A DNA stretch of 64,000 bases from Rhodospirillales bacterium (GTDB taxonomy: Bacteria; Pseudomonadota; Alphaproteobacteria; Rhodospirillales; UBA2165), in the NCBI GenBank assembly GCA_965221855.1, contig CBDCSV010000001.1, forward strand, positions 365,592 to 429,591, given 5' to 3'. The first letter of the stretch is position 1, and the number at the start of each line of letters is the position of its first letter. This document shows, piece by piece, positions 19,393 to 28,470 of the stretch. The notes below the pieces were generated by a model. The model saw only the letters and a program-made list of their open reading frames with translations. It ran no database searches and was not told where the DNA came from. The position numbers were made by a program, and so were the translations under genes.

Positions 19393-22300
19393 ATGGCGGG
19401 GTATTCGCTACGCTGGCGCCCAAGTCGGCGATGCGGCCGCGGTGAGCCGGGCAATGGAACGGGCCGAGGAGAGGTAGACCAGTTGGAGAAGGGGCTCTTT
19501 TCCTACATCTGGCGTCACAGCAAGGTGCAGCAGCTGTTCCTGCTCATGTTGAGCGTGGCGGCGATGCCGTTCTATTTCTACACACTCGAAATTCCCAAGC
19601 AGGTCGTCAATGAGGCCATCGGCGGCGAGGATTTCCCGCGGGAAATCCTCGGGTTCGAGTTCGATCAGATTGCGTTTCTGATGTTCCTGTCGGGGGTGTT
19701 TCTGCTCCTGATCCTGGTCAATGGCGGTTTCAAATACGCCAACAATGTCTACCGCGGCATTGTCGGCGAGCGAATGCTTCGCCGCCTTCGCTTCGAGTTG
19801 ATTTCACGGGTGATGCGATTCCCGCTGCCCCAGTTCCGCAAGACCTCGCAAGGCGAAGTGGTCTCCATCGTCTCCCAGGAGACCGAGCCCTTGGGCGGGT
19901 TTTTCGCCGATGCATTTGCGCTGCTCATTTATCAGGGCGGGCTGCTGGCGACCCTGATGGTGTTCATGTTCAAGCAGGATTGGAAGCTGGGTCTCGCGGC
20001 GATCATCCTGTATCCGCCGCAGGCATATCTAATCCCCATACTCCAGCGGAAGGTCAACGCCCTGGGTAAACAGCGGGTGCAGGCGGTTCGGGAGCTCTCG
20101 GAGCGGATCGGCGAAGCGGTCGGCGGGGCGTCCGAAATTCACGCCAACGATACCTCGCAGTTCGAATTGGCCGACTTTTCCCGCCGTCTCGGGATCATCT
20201 ATCGGGTCCGGTTCCGGATTTACGTCCTCAAGTTCCTGATCAAGTTCATCAATAACACCCTCGCCCTGCTGACGCCGTTCTTCTTCTATTCGATCGGCGG
20301 CTGGCTGGTGATCCGCGGCGATCTCACACTGGGGGCGCTGGTCGCCGTGCTCAGCGCCTACAAAGATGTGTCGGCGCCGTGGAAAATGCTGCTGACCTAC
20401 TACCAGCGCATGGAAGACGCCCGGATCAAGTTCACGCAGATCGCCGATAAGTTTCAGCCGGCGGGAATGCTCGAAGAGGAGACCCAGACGGAAGAACCCG
20501 AAAGTTTGCCCGAGTTTTCCGGCAAGCTGGTCGCCTCGAACATCAGCCTTTCCGAGGATGACGGCCTGCGGGTTATCGACGGCGCCTCCCTGTCGATCGA
20601 TCTTCCCCGGCATGTGGCTCTGGTCGGGCCCGGCGGCAGCGGCAAGAATGAATTTTCGCAGGTGCTTGCCCGGCTGCTCGCGCCGGACAGCGGCCGGCTT
20701 AGTATCGGCGGCCACAATCTCATCGAGCTTCCGGAAACCGTCGTCGGCCGAAAGATTTCCTATGTGGGTCAAAACGCCTACATGTTCGCGGGAACCATCC
20801 GGGACAACCTGCTCTACGGCCTGAAGCACCGGCCCCAGGCCGAGCGGCCGATGGAGGGCGACGACGCCAAGCAGCGCGAATGGGAAATTCGAGAGGCGAA
20901 GAGTTCCGGCAACCTGGAATATGACCGGATGGCCGATTGGGTCGATACGGCGGCCGTCGGAGGCCCAGGCAACCTGACGGCGCGGATCAATGACGTCCTT
21001 CGGGTGGCCGGCCTCTCGACCGAAGTCTATCAGATAGGTCTGCGCCGGACGGTTGACCCGCGGGAGAAGCCCGAGCTTGCCGCCCTTGTTCTGGAAGCCC
21101 GAAAGAAGATGCGCCGGCGGCTGGAGGAACCCGAGGTCTCGCAGTTCGTTGAAAGCTTCGATTCGGAAAAATTCAACACCAATGCTTCCGTGGCGGAGAA
21201 TATCCTGTTCGGTAAGCCGGTGGGCGACGAATTCGCCATCGACCGGATGGGTGAAAACGCCTACGTGCTCGGTGTTCTGGAGACGGTCGGTCTCAGCGGC
21301 GATTTTCTCGAAAAAGGCCTGCGGCTGGCCGAAATCATGGTCGACCTGTTCCAGGGGCTGCCGGCGGATCACGAATTTTTTGAACGCTTCAGCTTCATCG
21401 GTTCCGACGATCTGCCGGAGTTTCAGGCCATACTGGCGCGCGTCGCGCAAAATGGCCTCGAGTCCATCGGCGATGAAGACATGGCCCGCCTTCGGGCCTT
21501 GCCGTTCCGGCTTATTCCCGCCCGCCACCATCTGGGCCTCATCGACGAATCGTTCCGGCCGCGCATTTTGGAGGCCCGCAAGGCATTCCACGCGGGCCTG
21601 CCCGACGAGATGACTGCCTCGGTGGAGTTCTTTGATGTCGAGGCCTACAACGCGGCGAGCCCGGTTCAGGACAATATCCTTTTCGGCAAGCTCGCCGGCG
21701 AGCGCGCCGGCAGCGCGGAAAAGGTCGGCGATCTGGTCTCCGAGGTGGTGGATGAAGCCGGCCTCCGCCAGCACATCGTCGACCTTGGCCTCGACTACAA
21801 TGTCGGGATCGGCGGCGCGCGGCTTTCCATCGGACAGCGGCAGAAGCTCGGTATCGCGCGCGGGATCATCCGGAAGCCCGACATCTTGGTTATCAACGAA
21901 GCGCTCAGCGGCCTCGACCCGGACAATCAGTCCTTGCTTCTCGAAGGCGTTCGCCGCGCCCAGGATGGCCGCTCGCTGATCTACGTGGACGGCCAATCGC
22001 CGGGCAGCTCGGACTTCGAGCAAGTCGTGTCGATGGCGAGCGGCAGGGTGGTGGACCAGGGCCTCGGCGCCCAGCCGGCGCCCGTCGAGGAGGCCGGCGA
22101 ACGAGAGGAAGGGGCCGGCGGATTCGGGGACGAAATCGATGTCTTGTCGTCGATCCCGCTTTTCGAGGGCATGGACCGCTCCCGGCTCAAGCTGCTGACC
22201 TTTGCCTCGGACCGCCATATCTACGATCCGGGCCAGGTGGTTATCCGTCAGGGTGAAGTCGGCGAGACCGCGTACATCATACTCGGCGGGACCGCGGATA

Positions 22301-23091
22301 TCATTCTGGAAACCGCCGACGGGCCGACCAATATCGCCACGCTGGGGCGCAATGATCAGTTTGGCGAATTGGCGCTGCTGTGCGAGGCGCCGCGGACCGC
22401 CACCGTCATGGCCGGCGAGCCGCTGACCGTGCTCAGCATTTCCAAGGACGTGTTCATCAAGCTGATCGCCGAGGATGCGGAGATGTCGGCCCGGATTACG
22501 CGCTCCATAGCGGAGCGGCTGGAGAGGACCACACGCGACCTGAGTGCCGCCTCCACCGTGCGGGACCCGGTCACCAACCTTCCGGACGCCCGTATTTTCC
22601 GGGATCGCCTCCGGCAGTCGACGGCCCGTTTCCGCCGCTTCGGCGAGCGGGCCGCTATCCTGAGCTGGACCCTCGACGATATTCACGGCGCCAATGGCGG
22701 GTTGCCGGCAGCCGCCCGCGACAGTTTGTTCAAGGAGATTGCCGAGCGTCTGACGGCTTGTACCCAGGAAACCGATACCCGGGCCCGTCTCTCCGAGACC
22801 GAGTTTGGACTTATCCTCGGCGCCATGGACCCCGGCGCCGACCCCCTGGCGATGGCTCAACGAACCGTGGATGGCATTGCCCGGCCCGTCGAAGTGGACG
22901 GTCACACGGTGAATTTGGGTGATGCGGGAGAAATCAGGTTCCTCGTGCTCGATGATCGGGACGCCGATACTCAACTGGAGGCTTGCCGGTCGGGAGAGGG
23001 GCGGGTTCTCGTTCCGTCCGGTATTCCCGCGGAAACCGGGCGGGCGGCCGGGGAGCAGACCGGGGACGATAGCGATCGTCCGGGGTCATGA
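19393..23091 (+). CDS. Multidomain fusion: ABC type-I exporter TMD + degenerate NBD with ~320-aa repeated insertion + cyclic-nucleotide-binding domain + degenerate GGDEF-like domain
   Basis: 1232-aa ORF; alternative start TTG 19483 is preceded by GGAGAGG. TMD covers about aa 45-340. Walker A is GPGGSGKN (aa 412-419) and the Q-loop is VGQ (460). Signature LSIGQ does not appear until aa 811, and Walker B is ILVINE (831-836). CNB cassette is FGELALLCEAPRTATV (990-1005). The GGDEF-like start is RDPVTNLPDARIFRDRL, with SETEF (1134-1138) in place of GGDEF. Confidence 0.8.
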   Translation: MAGYSLRWRPSRRCGRGEPGNGTGRGEVDQLEKGLFSYIWRHSKVQQLFLLMLSVAAMPFYFYTLEIPKQVVNEAIGGEDFPREILGFEFDQIAFLMFLSGVFLLLILVNGGFKYANNVYRGIVGERMLRRLRFELISRVMRFPLPQFRKTSQGEVVSIVSQETEPLGGFFADAFALLIYQGGLLATLMVFMFKQDWKLGLAAIILYPPQAYLIPILQRKVNALGKQRVQAVRELSERIGEAVGGASEIHANDTSQFELADFSRRLGIIYRVRFRIYVLKFLIKFINNTLALLTPFFFYSIGGWLVIRGDLTLGALVAVLSAYKDVSAPWKMLLTYYQRMEDARIKFTQIADKFQPAGMLEEETQTEEPESLPEFSGKLVASNISLSEDDGLRVIDGASLSIDLPRHVALVGPGGSGKNEFSQVLARLLAPDSGRLSIGGHNLIELPETVVGRKISYVGQNAYMFAGTIRDNLLYGLKHRPQAERPMEGDDAKQREWEIREAKSSGNLEYDRMADWVDTAAVGGPGNLTARINDVLRVAGLSTEVYQIGLRRTVDPREKPELAALVLEARKKMRRRLEEPEVSQFVESFDSEKFNTNASVAENILFGKPVGDEFAIDRMGENAYVLGVLETVGLSGDFLEKGLRLAEIMVDLFQGLPADHEFFERFSFIGSDDLPEFQAILARVAQNGLESIGDEDMARLRALPFRLIPARHHLGLIDESFRPRILEARKAFHAGLPDEMTASVEFFDVEAYNAASPVQDNILFGKLAGERAGSAEKVGDLVSEVVDEAGLRQHIVDLGLDYNVGIGGARLSIGQRQKLGIARGIIRKPDILVINEALSGLDPDNQSLLLEGVRRAQDGRSLIYVDGQSPGSSDFEQVVSMASGRVVDQGLGAQPAPVEEAGEREEGAGGFGDEIDVLSSIPLFEGMDRSRLKLLTFASDRHIYDPGQVVIRQGEVGETAYIILGGTADIILETADGPTNIATLGRNDQFGELALLCEAPRTATVMAGEPLTVLSISKDVFIKLIAEDAEMSARITRSIAERLERTTRDLSAASTVRDPVTNLPDARIFRDRLRQSTARFRRFGERAAILSWTLDDIHGANGGLPAAARDSLFKEIAERLTACTQETDTRARLSETEFGLILGAMDPGADPLAMAQRTVDGIARPVEVDGHTVNLGDAGEIRFLVLDDRDADTQLEACRSGEGRVLVPSGIPAETGRAAGEQTGDDSDRPGS

Positions 23092-23124
23092 AGTTGCCGC
23101 CGGAGAAGGATTAAGTAGAACCCT

Positions 23125-23607
23125 ATGTCGAACGATCCCCTTGGATATCCTCTATCGAAAATCGGTGCGGATTATCTTCGCTCGGCGATCGGGGCGGCTC
23201 TCTGCCTGCTGCCGCTGGCCTTCGGGACTCCGCTCAAGGGCGGCGTGTGGCTGCTGGCCGCGCTGGCCTTGATGTTCGTTTTGTTCGCGGTCCGCACCTT
23301 CGCGCGCCAGATGACCAGGGTTTGGGTGAGCGACGAAGGCATTGCCGTCAGCGGCTTCATCAAGCAGATTTTACGCTGGGAGACGTTGAGTGAGGTTACG
23401 CTGTCCTACTACTCGACATTTCGCGGCCGGGGAAAAGGTTGGATGCAACTGAGACTTCGGGGGGACGGGCAGACATTGCGGCTTGAATCGTCCCTGGACG
23501 GTTTCGACCGGGTCGCGCGATATGCCATCGATGCGGCCCGGCGAAACGGTCTGGCGCTGCAGCCGTCGACGGTAAAGAACTTCAGTGCCATGGGAATCGA
23601 GTACTGA
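23125..23607 (+). CDS. Small membrane protein (two TM helices + PH-like soluble domain), last gene of the glycosyltransferase/ABC cluster
   Basis: 160-aa ORF. Helices AIGAALCLLPLAF and VWLLAALALMFVLFAV, then VWVSDEGIAVSG... It starts 34 nt after the fusion gene. Confidence 0.5.
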   Translation: MSNDPLGYPLSKIGADYLRSAIGAALCLLPLAFGTPLKGGVWLLAALALMFVLFAVRTFARQMTRVWVSDEGIAVSGFIKQILRWETLSEVTLSYYSTFRGRGKGWMQLRLRGDGQTLRLESSLDGFDRVARYAIDAARRNGLALQPSTVKNFSAMGIEY

Positions 23608-23608
23608 G

Positions 23609-25537
23609 ATGGCCGAGCTGTTCGATCAGGACATCCTGACGGTAAATGACCTGAAAGTTGAGTTCCGGGTCCCGTCCGGAGTCGTGAGAGCCGTCGACGG
23701 CGTCTCATTCGCCGTGGGGCCCGCGGAAACCGTCGCCATCGTCGGCGAGTCGGGATCCGGCAAATCCACCATCGCCCAGGCGGTGATGGGTATCCTGCCG
23801 AAGGTCGCGCGGATCACCGGCGGTCAAATCCTGTTCAACGATCCCGCCCGGCTTTCGGAACGCGGAGACCGGCGGGAAGGGCGTTCGGGCGTTACCGATA
23901 TTGCCGCGTTGCCGGCGCGCGGACGCGCCATGCAGTCGATCCGCGGCGGCCGCATCTCGATGATCTTCCAGGAGCCCATGACGTCGCTGTCGCCGCTCCA
24001 CACCATCGGCGACCAGATCAGCGAAGCCAATATGCTGCACTGCGACTCCACCAGGAACGATGCCATCCAGGCGGTGGTCGAAATGCTCCGGCTGGTCGGC
24101 TTCCCCAATCCCGAAAAGGCGGTCAAGACCTACCCGTTCGAGCTTTCCGGCGGGCTTCGCCAGCGGGCCATGATCGCCATGGCGCTGGTCTGCAACCCGG
24201 CCTTGCTGATTGCCGATGAACCGACGACCGCCCTCGACGTGACGATCCAGGCGCAAATTCTGAAGCTGATGGACGATCTTCAATCTCATTTGAAGATGTC
24301 GGTGCTGATCATCACCCATGATCTGGGCGTGGTCGCCAACGTCGCCGATCATGTCGTCGTCATGTACAGCGGCAAGGTCATGGAGTCCGGATCGAGCCGG
24401 CTGATATTCGACAATCCCGAGCATCCCTATCTCAAGTCGCTGTTCCGCGCGGTTCCGCACTTCGATATGAAACCCGGCGAGCGGCTGGTGCCGATCCGCG
24501 AAATAGAGCACACGACCGGCCACCTGTTGGCGCCCAAGGAAAACGACGGGGCCGGCGCCGGCGATTCCCGGCCCATGCTTTCCGTCAACGGCATCTCCAA
24601 GTCGTTCACCATCCGCAAGGAAGGCCTGTTCGGCGGCGGCCAATCGACCATCAAGGCGGTCGAGGACGTGAGCTTCGACATCGCCCGCGGCGAAACCCTG
24701 GGGCTGGTCGGGGAGAGCGGCTGCGGCAAAACGACGCTCAGCAAGATCATTATGGGGGCTCTCCGGCCCGACAGCGGAGAGGTCCTGCTTCGGGATGACG
24801 GGAAGACGGTCGACGTCACCAAGCTTTCGCCCAGGGAAATGATCCCCTACCGCAGGGTCTACCAGTACATCTTCCAGGATCCGTTCGGCTCCTTGAATCC
24901 GAGAATGACCGTGTTCGACATCATCAGCGAACCATTGGTCATTCACGATATCGGCGATCGCGACTATCGGGTGGAGATGGTGAAGGAGTTGATGAATCTG
25001 GTCGGCCTGGACCCCCGGTTCCTCAACCGTTACCCCCACAGTTTTTCGGGCGGCCAGCGTCAGCGTATCAGCATCGCGCGCTCGATGGCGCTGAAACCCG
25101 ATCTCCTGTTGTGCGACGAGCCGGTATCGGCGCTCGATGTTTCGGTTCAGGCCCAGATCCTGAACTTGATGAAGGACCTGCAGGACGAGCTTGGCCTGAC
25201 CTATCTGTTCGTCTCGCATAATTTGGCGGTGGTCGATTACGTTTCCGACCGCATCGCCGTGATGTGCGCCGGGCAGCTGGTTGAACTTGCCGGCCGGGAA
25301 GCGCTGTTCCGCGATCCGGTTCACCCGTACACCAAGGCCCTGTTGGCGGCGGTGCCGTTTCCGGACCTCAACCGCCGCCTCGATCTATCCGCGCTCATGG
25401 AGGGAAAAGCATCGGTTCCGGCCGCCTGGCCGGAGCCCTTCACGGTCGGCAACAAGAAACCGAAACTGGTCGATGTCGGGGACGGTCATTTCGTGAGGAT
25501 GACCGGGGACGCCCCCGAAATAAGGAAGGCATCATGA
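23609..25537 (+). CDS. ABC transporter ATP-binding protein with duplicated NBDs (peptide/opine type, YejF/GsiA-like)
   Basis: Two complete cassettes: GESGSGKST...LSGGLRQR...[12 protein letters not shown] and GESGCGKTT...FSGGQRQR...[12 protein letters not shown]. Start trimmed to ATG 23609 ([12 protein letters not shown]). Confidence 0.88.
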   Translation: MAELFDQDILTVNDLKVEFRVPSGVVRAVDGVSFAVGPAETVAIVGESGSGKSTIAQAVMGILPKVARITGGQILFNDPARLSERGDRREGRSGVTDIAALPARGRAMQSIRGGRISMIFQEPMTSLSPLHTIGDQISEANMLHCDSTRNDAIQAVVEMLRLVGFPNPEKAVKTYPFELSGGLRQRAMIAMALVCNPALLIADEPTTALDVTIQAQILKLMDDLQSHLKMSVLIITHDLGVVANVADHVVVMYSGKVMESGSSRLIFDNPEHPYLKSLFRAVPHFDMKPGERLVPIREIEHTTGHLLAPKENDGAGAGDSRPMLSVNGISKSFTIRKEGLFGGGQSTIKAVEDVSFDIARGETLGLVGESGCGKTTLSKIIMGALRPDSGEVLLRDDGKTVDVTKLSPREMIPYRRVYQYIFQDPFGSLNPRMTVFDIISEPLVIHDIGDRDYRVEMVKELMNLVGLDPRFLNRYPHSFSGGQRQRISIARSMALKPDLLLCDEPVSALDVSVQAQILNLMKDLQDELGLTYLFVSHNLAVVDYVSDRIAVMCAGQLVELAGREALFRDPVHPYTKALLAAVPFPDLNRRLDLSALMEGKASVPAAWPEPFTVGNKKPKLVDVGDGHFVRMTGDAPEIRKAS

Positions 25538-27435
25538 GAGGATCACCGGGTACGCTTGCCGCCGGCGCATCGTTATGGGCATTTTTGATTTCGGCCCCGG
25601 CCCTGGCCGCCTTCGACGAGACCCCTAGCCTGAAGGCCGAGGTCGAGGCCGGTAAATTGCCGCCGGTCGCAAAGCGCCTGCCGGCCGAGCCGTCGGTGGT
25701 GAAGTTCGACGGCAAGTCCAAACAGGCCGGCAGGCATGGCGGCAAGCTGAACATCCTCATGGGGCGCGCCAAGGACGTCCGCCAAATGGTGGTGTACGGC
25801 TATGCCCGGCTGGTCGGATACGACGAAAAGTTCAATCTCGTTCCCGACATTCTCGAGAGCGTCGATGTCGAGGACGGCCGGCAATTCACCCTGAACCTGC
25901 GCAAGGGCCACCGTTGGTCGGACGGCCATCCCTTTACCGCCGAGGATTTCCGCTACTGGTGGGAGGATATGGCCACCGACCCGGATATCTCCCGTCTCGG
26001 ACCGCCGGCATTCATGCTGGTCAATGGAAAGCCGCCGAAATTCGACGTGATCGACGAAACGACGATCCGTTATACCTGGGACGCGCCGCACCCGAAGTTC
26101 CTGCCGCTGCTCGCCGGCGCCCGGCCCGAGTTCATCTACCGGCCCGCTCACTACATGAAACGGTTTCACGCCAAGCATCAGGACGCGGCGAAGCTCGATG
26201 GGATGGTCAAGGCCGCCAAGCGGCGCAACTGGGCCTCGCTGCATTTCCGCTACGACCGGCCCTACAAGAACGACAATCCCGACTTCCCGAGTCTCCAGCC
26301 TTGGGTCCAAACCACCAAGCCGCCGTCAAAGCGGTTCATCTTCAAGCGCAACCCGTACTTCCACCGGGTCGACGAACGCGGCCGGCAGTTGCCCTATGTG
26401 GACGAGGTGATCCTTACGGTGGCGAGTTCGAAGCTCATTTCGACGAAGGCCGGTACCGGCGATACGGATCTTCAGGCCCGCGGCATTGCGTTGAAGAATT
26501 TTCCGTACCTCAAGAAGGCGGAAAAGCGGAACAACTACACCATCAAGCTGTGGCCCACCGCCAAGGGCGCCCAGATGGCGCTTTATCCCAATATGAACCA
26601 CTCCGACCCGGAATGGCGGAGGCTCTTTCGGGACGTGCGATTCCGGCGCGCTCTGTCGCTCGCGATAGACCGCCGGCAGATCAGCAAGCTGATCTACTTT
26701 GGCTTGGCATCGCCGACCGGCAACAGCGTCCTGCCGGAGAGCCAGGTGTACAAAAAGAAATACGCCGAACGCTGGGCCGAGCTGGACATCAAGAAGGCCA
26801 ATGCGCTGCTCGATGAAATCGGGTTCGAGAAAGCGGGGCGGTGGCGGCGGCTTCCCGACGGACGCCCGTTGGAGATCACGGTCGAGACCTCCGGCGAGGA
26901 GTTGGAGCAGACCGATATCCTTCGGCTGGTCAAGGACACTTGGGCGAAGATTGGCGTCAAGATGCTGATCAAACCCTCTCAGCGGGAGGTCCTGCGGAAC
27001 CGGGTCTTCGCCGGCTCGACGCAGGTTGCCGTCTGGTTCGGTCTGGAGAACGGTATTCCGACGGCCGAAACGTGCCCGTCCGCCCTGGCCCCGACCAGCC
27101 AGCAACACCTGCAGTGGCCGAAGTGGGGGCAGTATGTCGAGACCAAGGGCAAGGCGGGCGAGCCGGTCGACATGGAGGGCCCAAGGAAGCTGCTGGAACT
27201 GAACGAGGCGTGGAACGTCTCGACGTCCAAGGACGAGAAGGCCGGGATCTGGCATCGGATGCTCGATCACTTCACCGATCAGGTCTACACCATCGGTCTC
27301 GTCTCCCGGGTTCCGCAGCCGGTCGTGGTCAACGCGCGCCTGCGGAACGTTCCCAAGAAGGCGATCTACAATTGGGAACCGGGCGCGCACTTCGGTGTGT
27401 ACCGGCCCGATACCTTCTGGTTCGCGGGCAACTGA
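25534..27435 (+). CDS. ABC transporter substrate-binding protein, family 5 (peptide/nickel/opine; YejA-like)
   Basis: 633-aa ORF with signal peptide (...WAFLISAPALAA). The large SBP_bac_5-like body includes GHRWSDGHPFTAEDF. ATGA overlap with the ATPase gene. Confidence 0.82.
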   Translation: MRGSPGTLAAGASLWAFLISAPALAAFDETPSLKAEVEAGKLPPVAKRLPAEPSVVKFDGKSKQAGRHGGKLNILMGRAKDVRQMVVYGYARLVGYDEKFNLVPDILESVDVEDGRQFTLNLRKGHRWSDGHPFTAEDFRYWWEDMATDPDISRLGPPAFMLVNGKPPKFDVIDETTIRYTWDAPHPKFLPLLAGARPEFIYRPAHYMKRFHAKHQDAAKLDGMVKAAKRRNWASLHFRYDRPYKNDNPDFPSLQPWVQTTKPPSKRFIFKRNPYFHRVDERGRQLPYVDEVILTVASSKLISTKAGTGDTDLQARGIALKNFPYLKKAEKRNNYTIKLWPTAKGAQMALYPNMNHSDPEWRRLFRDVRFRRALSLAIDRRQISKLIYFGLASPTGNSVLPESQVYKKKYAERWAELDIKKANALLDEIGFEKAGRWRRLPDGRPLEITVETSGEELEQTDILRLVKDTWAKIGVKMLIKPSQREVLRNRVFAGSTQVAVWFGLENGIPTAETCPSALAPTSQQHLQWPKWGQYVETKGKAGEPVDMEGPRKLLELNEAWNVSTSKDEKAGIWHRMLDHFTDQVYTIGLVSRVPQPVVVNARLRNVPKKAIYNWEPGAHFGVYRPDTFWFAGN

Positions 27436-27471
27436 TACCGCCCGGACGGGTAGCGGGGAGACGGGCCTGAC

Positions 27472-28470
27472 ATGCTGAACTATCTCGCGCGCAGGACACT
27501 GGTGATGGTGGTCACGCTGGCCGTCATCAGCGCGCTGGTATTCATCATCGTAAACCTGCCCGAGGGCGACTACCTCTCATCGGTCATTGCCGAGTTGGAG
27601 AGCCAGGGCGAGAGCGTCGATCGGCAGAAGATCCAATTCCTGCGCGAGCAATATGGGCTCGATAAACCGTTGTGGCAGCAATATCTGGTCTGGGTCGGCG
27701 GCTTGCTGCAGGGTGATCTCGGCTTCTCGTTCGAATTGGATTTGCCGGTTCAGGACGTATTGGGCGACCGAATATTTCTGACCATCGTCGTCAACTTCTT
27801 CTCGGTGCTGTTCATTTACATCGTTGCCTTCCCGATCGGGGTCTATTCGGCGACCCACCAGTACAGCTGGGGCGATTACGGCCTGACCTTCGTCGGGTTC
27901 CTGGGATTGGCCACGCCCAACTTCCTTTTGGCCCTCATTCTCATGTATGCCGCCAACCGGTTCTTCGGCACGTCCATCGGGACGTTGATGGCGCCGGAGT
28001 TTCTCGATCAGCCCATGTCCTTCGCCAAGGCGCTGTCGATCCTCGAACATCTGGCGGCGCCGGTGATCATCATCGGCACGGCGGGAACGGCGGGCATGAT
28101 CCGGCGGCTGCGCGCGAACCTTCTCGATGAACTCTATAAGCAATATGTGGTGACCGCCCGGGCCAAGGGCCTCGCCGAGGGCAAGCTGCTGGTCAAGTAT
28201 CCGCTGCGGATGGCGCTCAATCCATTCATCGCGGATATCGGCAACCTGCTGCCGCAAGTGGTATCGGGATCGGTCATCGTCTCCATTGTCATGGGATTGG
28301 AGACGGTCGGTCCGCCGCTCGTCCGCGCGCTCCAGAGCCAGGACTTCTTCCTGTCCGGCGCGGTCCTGATGTTCGTCGCGGTGTTGACCGTGATCGGCAT
28401 GTTCCTGTCCGACCTAGCGCTCGCCGTTCTCGATCCCCGAATTCGCCTGACCGGGGGGGCGGCGAAATGA
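27472..28470 (+). CDS. ABC transporter permease (DppB/YejB-like)
   Basis: 332-aa polytopic ORF. N-terminal MLNYLARRTLVMVVTL and the EAA-type loop VVTARAKGLAEGKLLVKYPLR. Confidence 0.85.
   Translation: MLNYLARRTLVMVVTLAVISALVFIIVNLPEGDYLSSVIAELESQGESVDRQKIQFLREQYGLDKPLWQQYLVWVGGLLQGDLGFSFELDLPVQDVLGDRIFLTIVVNFFSVLFIYIVAFPIGVYSATHQYSWGDYGLTFVGFLGLATPNFLLALILMYAANRFFGTSIGTLMAPEFLDQPMSFAKALSILEHLAAPVIIIGTAGTAGMIRRLRANLLDELYKQYVVTARAKGLAEGKLLVKYPLRMALNPFIADIGNLLPQVVSGSVIVSIVMGLETVGPPLVRALQSQDFFLSGAVLMFVAVLTVIGMFLSDLALAVLDPRIRLTGGAAK

Noticed and set aside
20029-22974. 981-aa minus-strand ORF
   Set aside because: Antisense shadow of the 1232-aa ABC fusion gene. It has no recognisable motifs and a shadow-frame composition.
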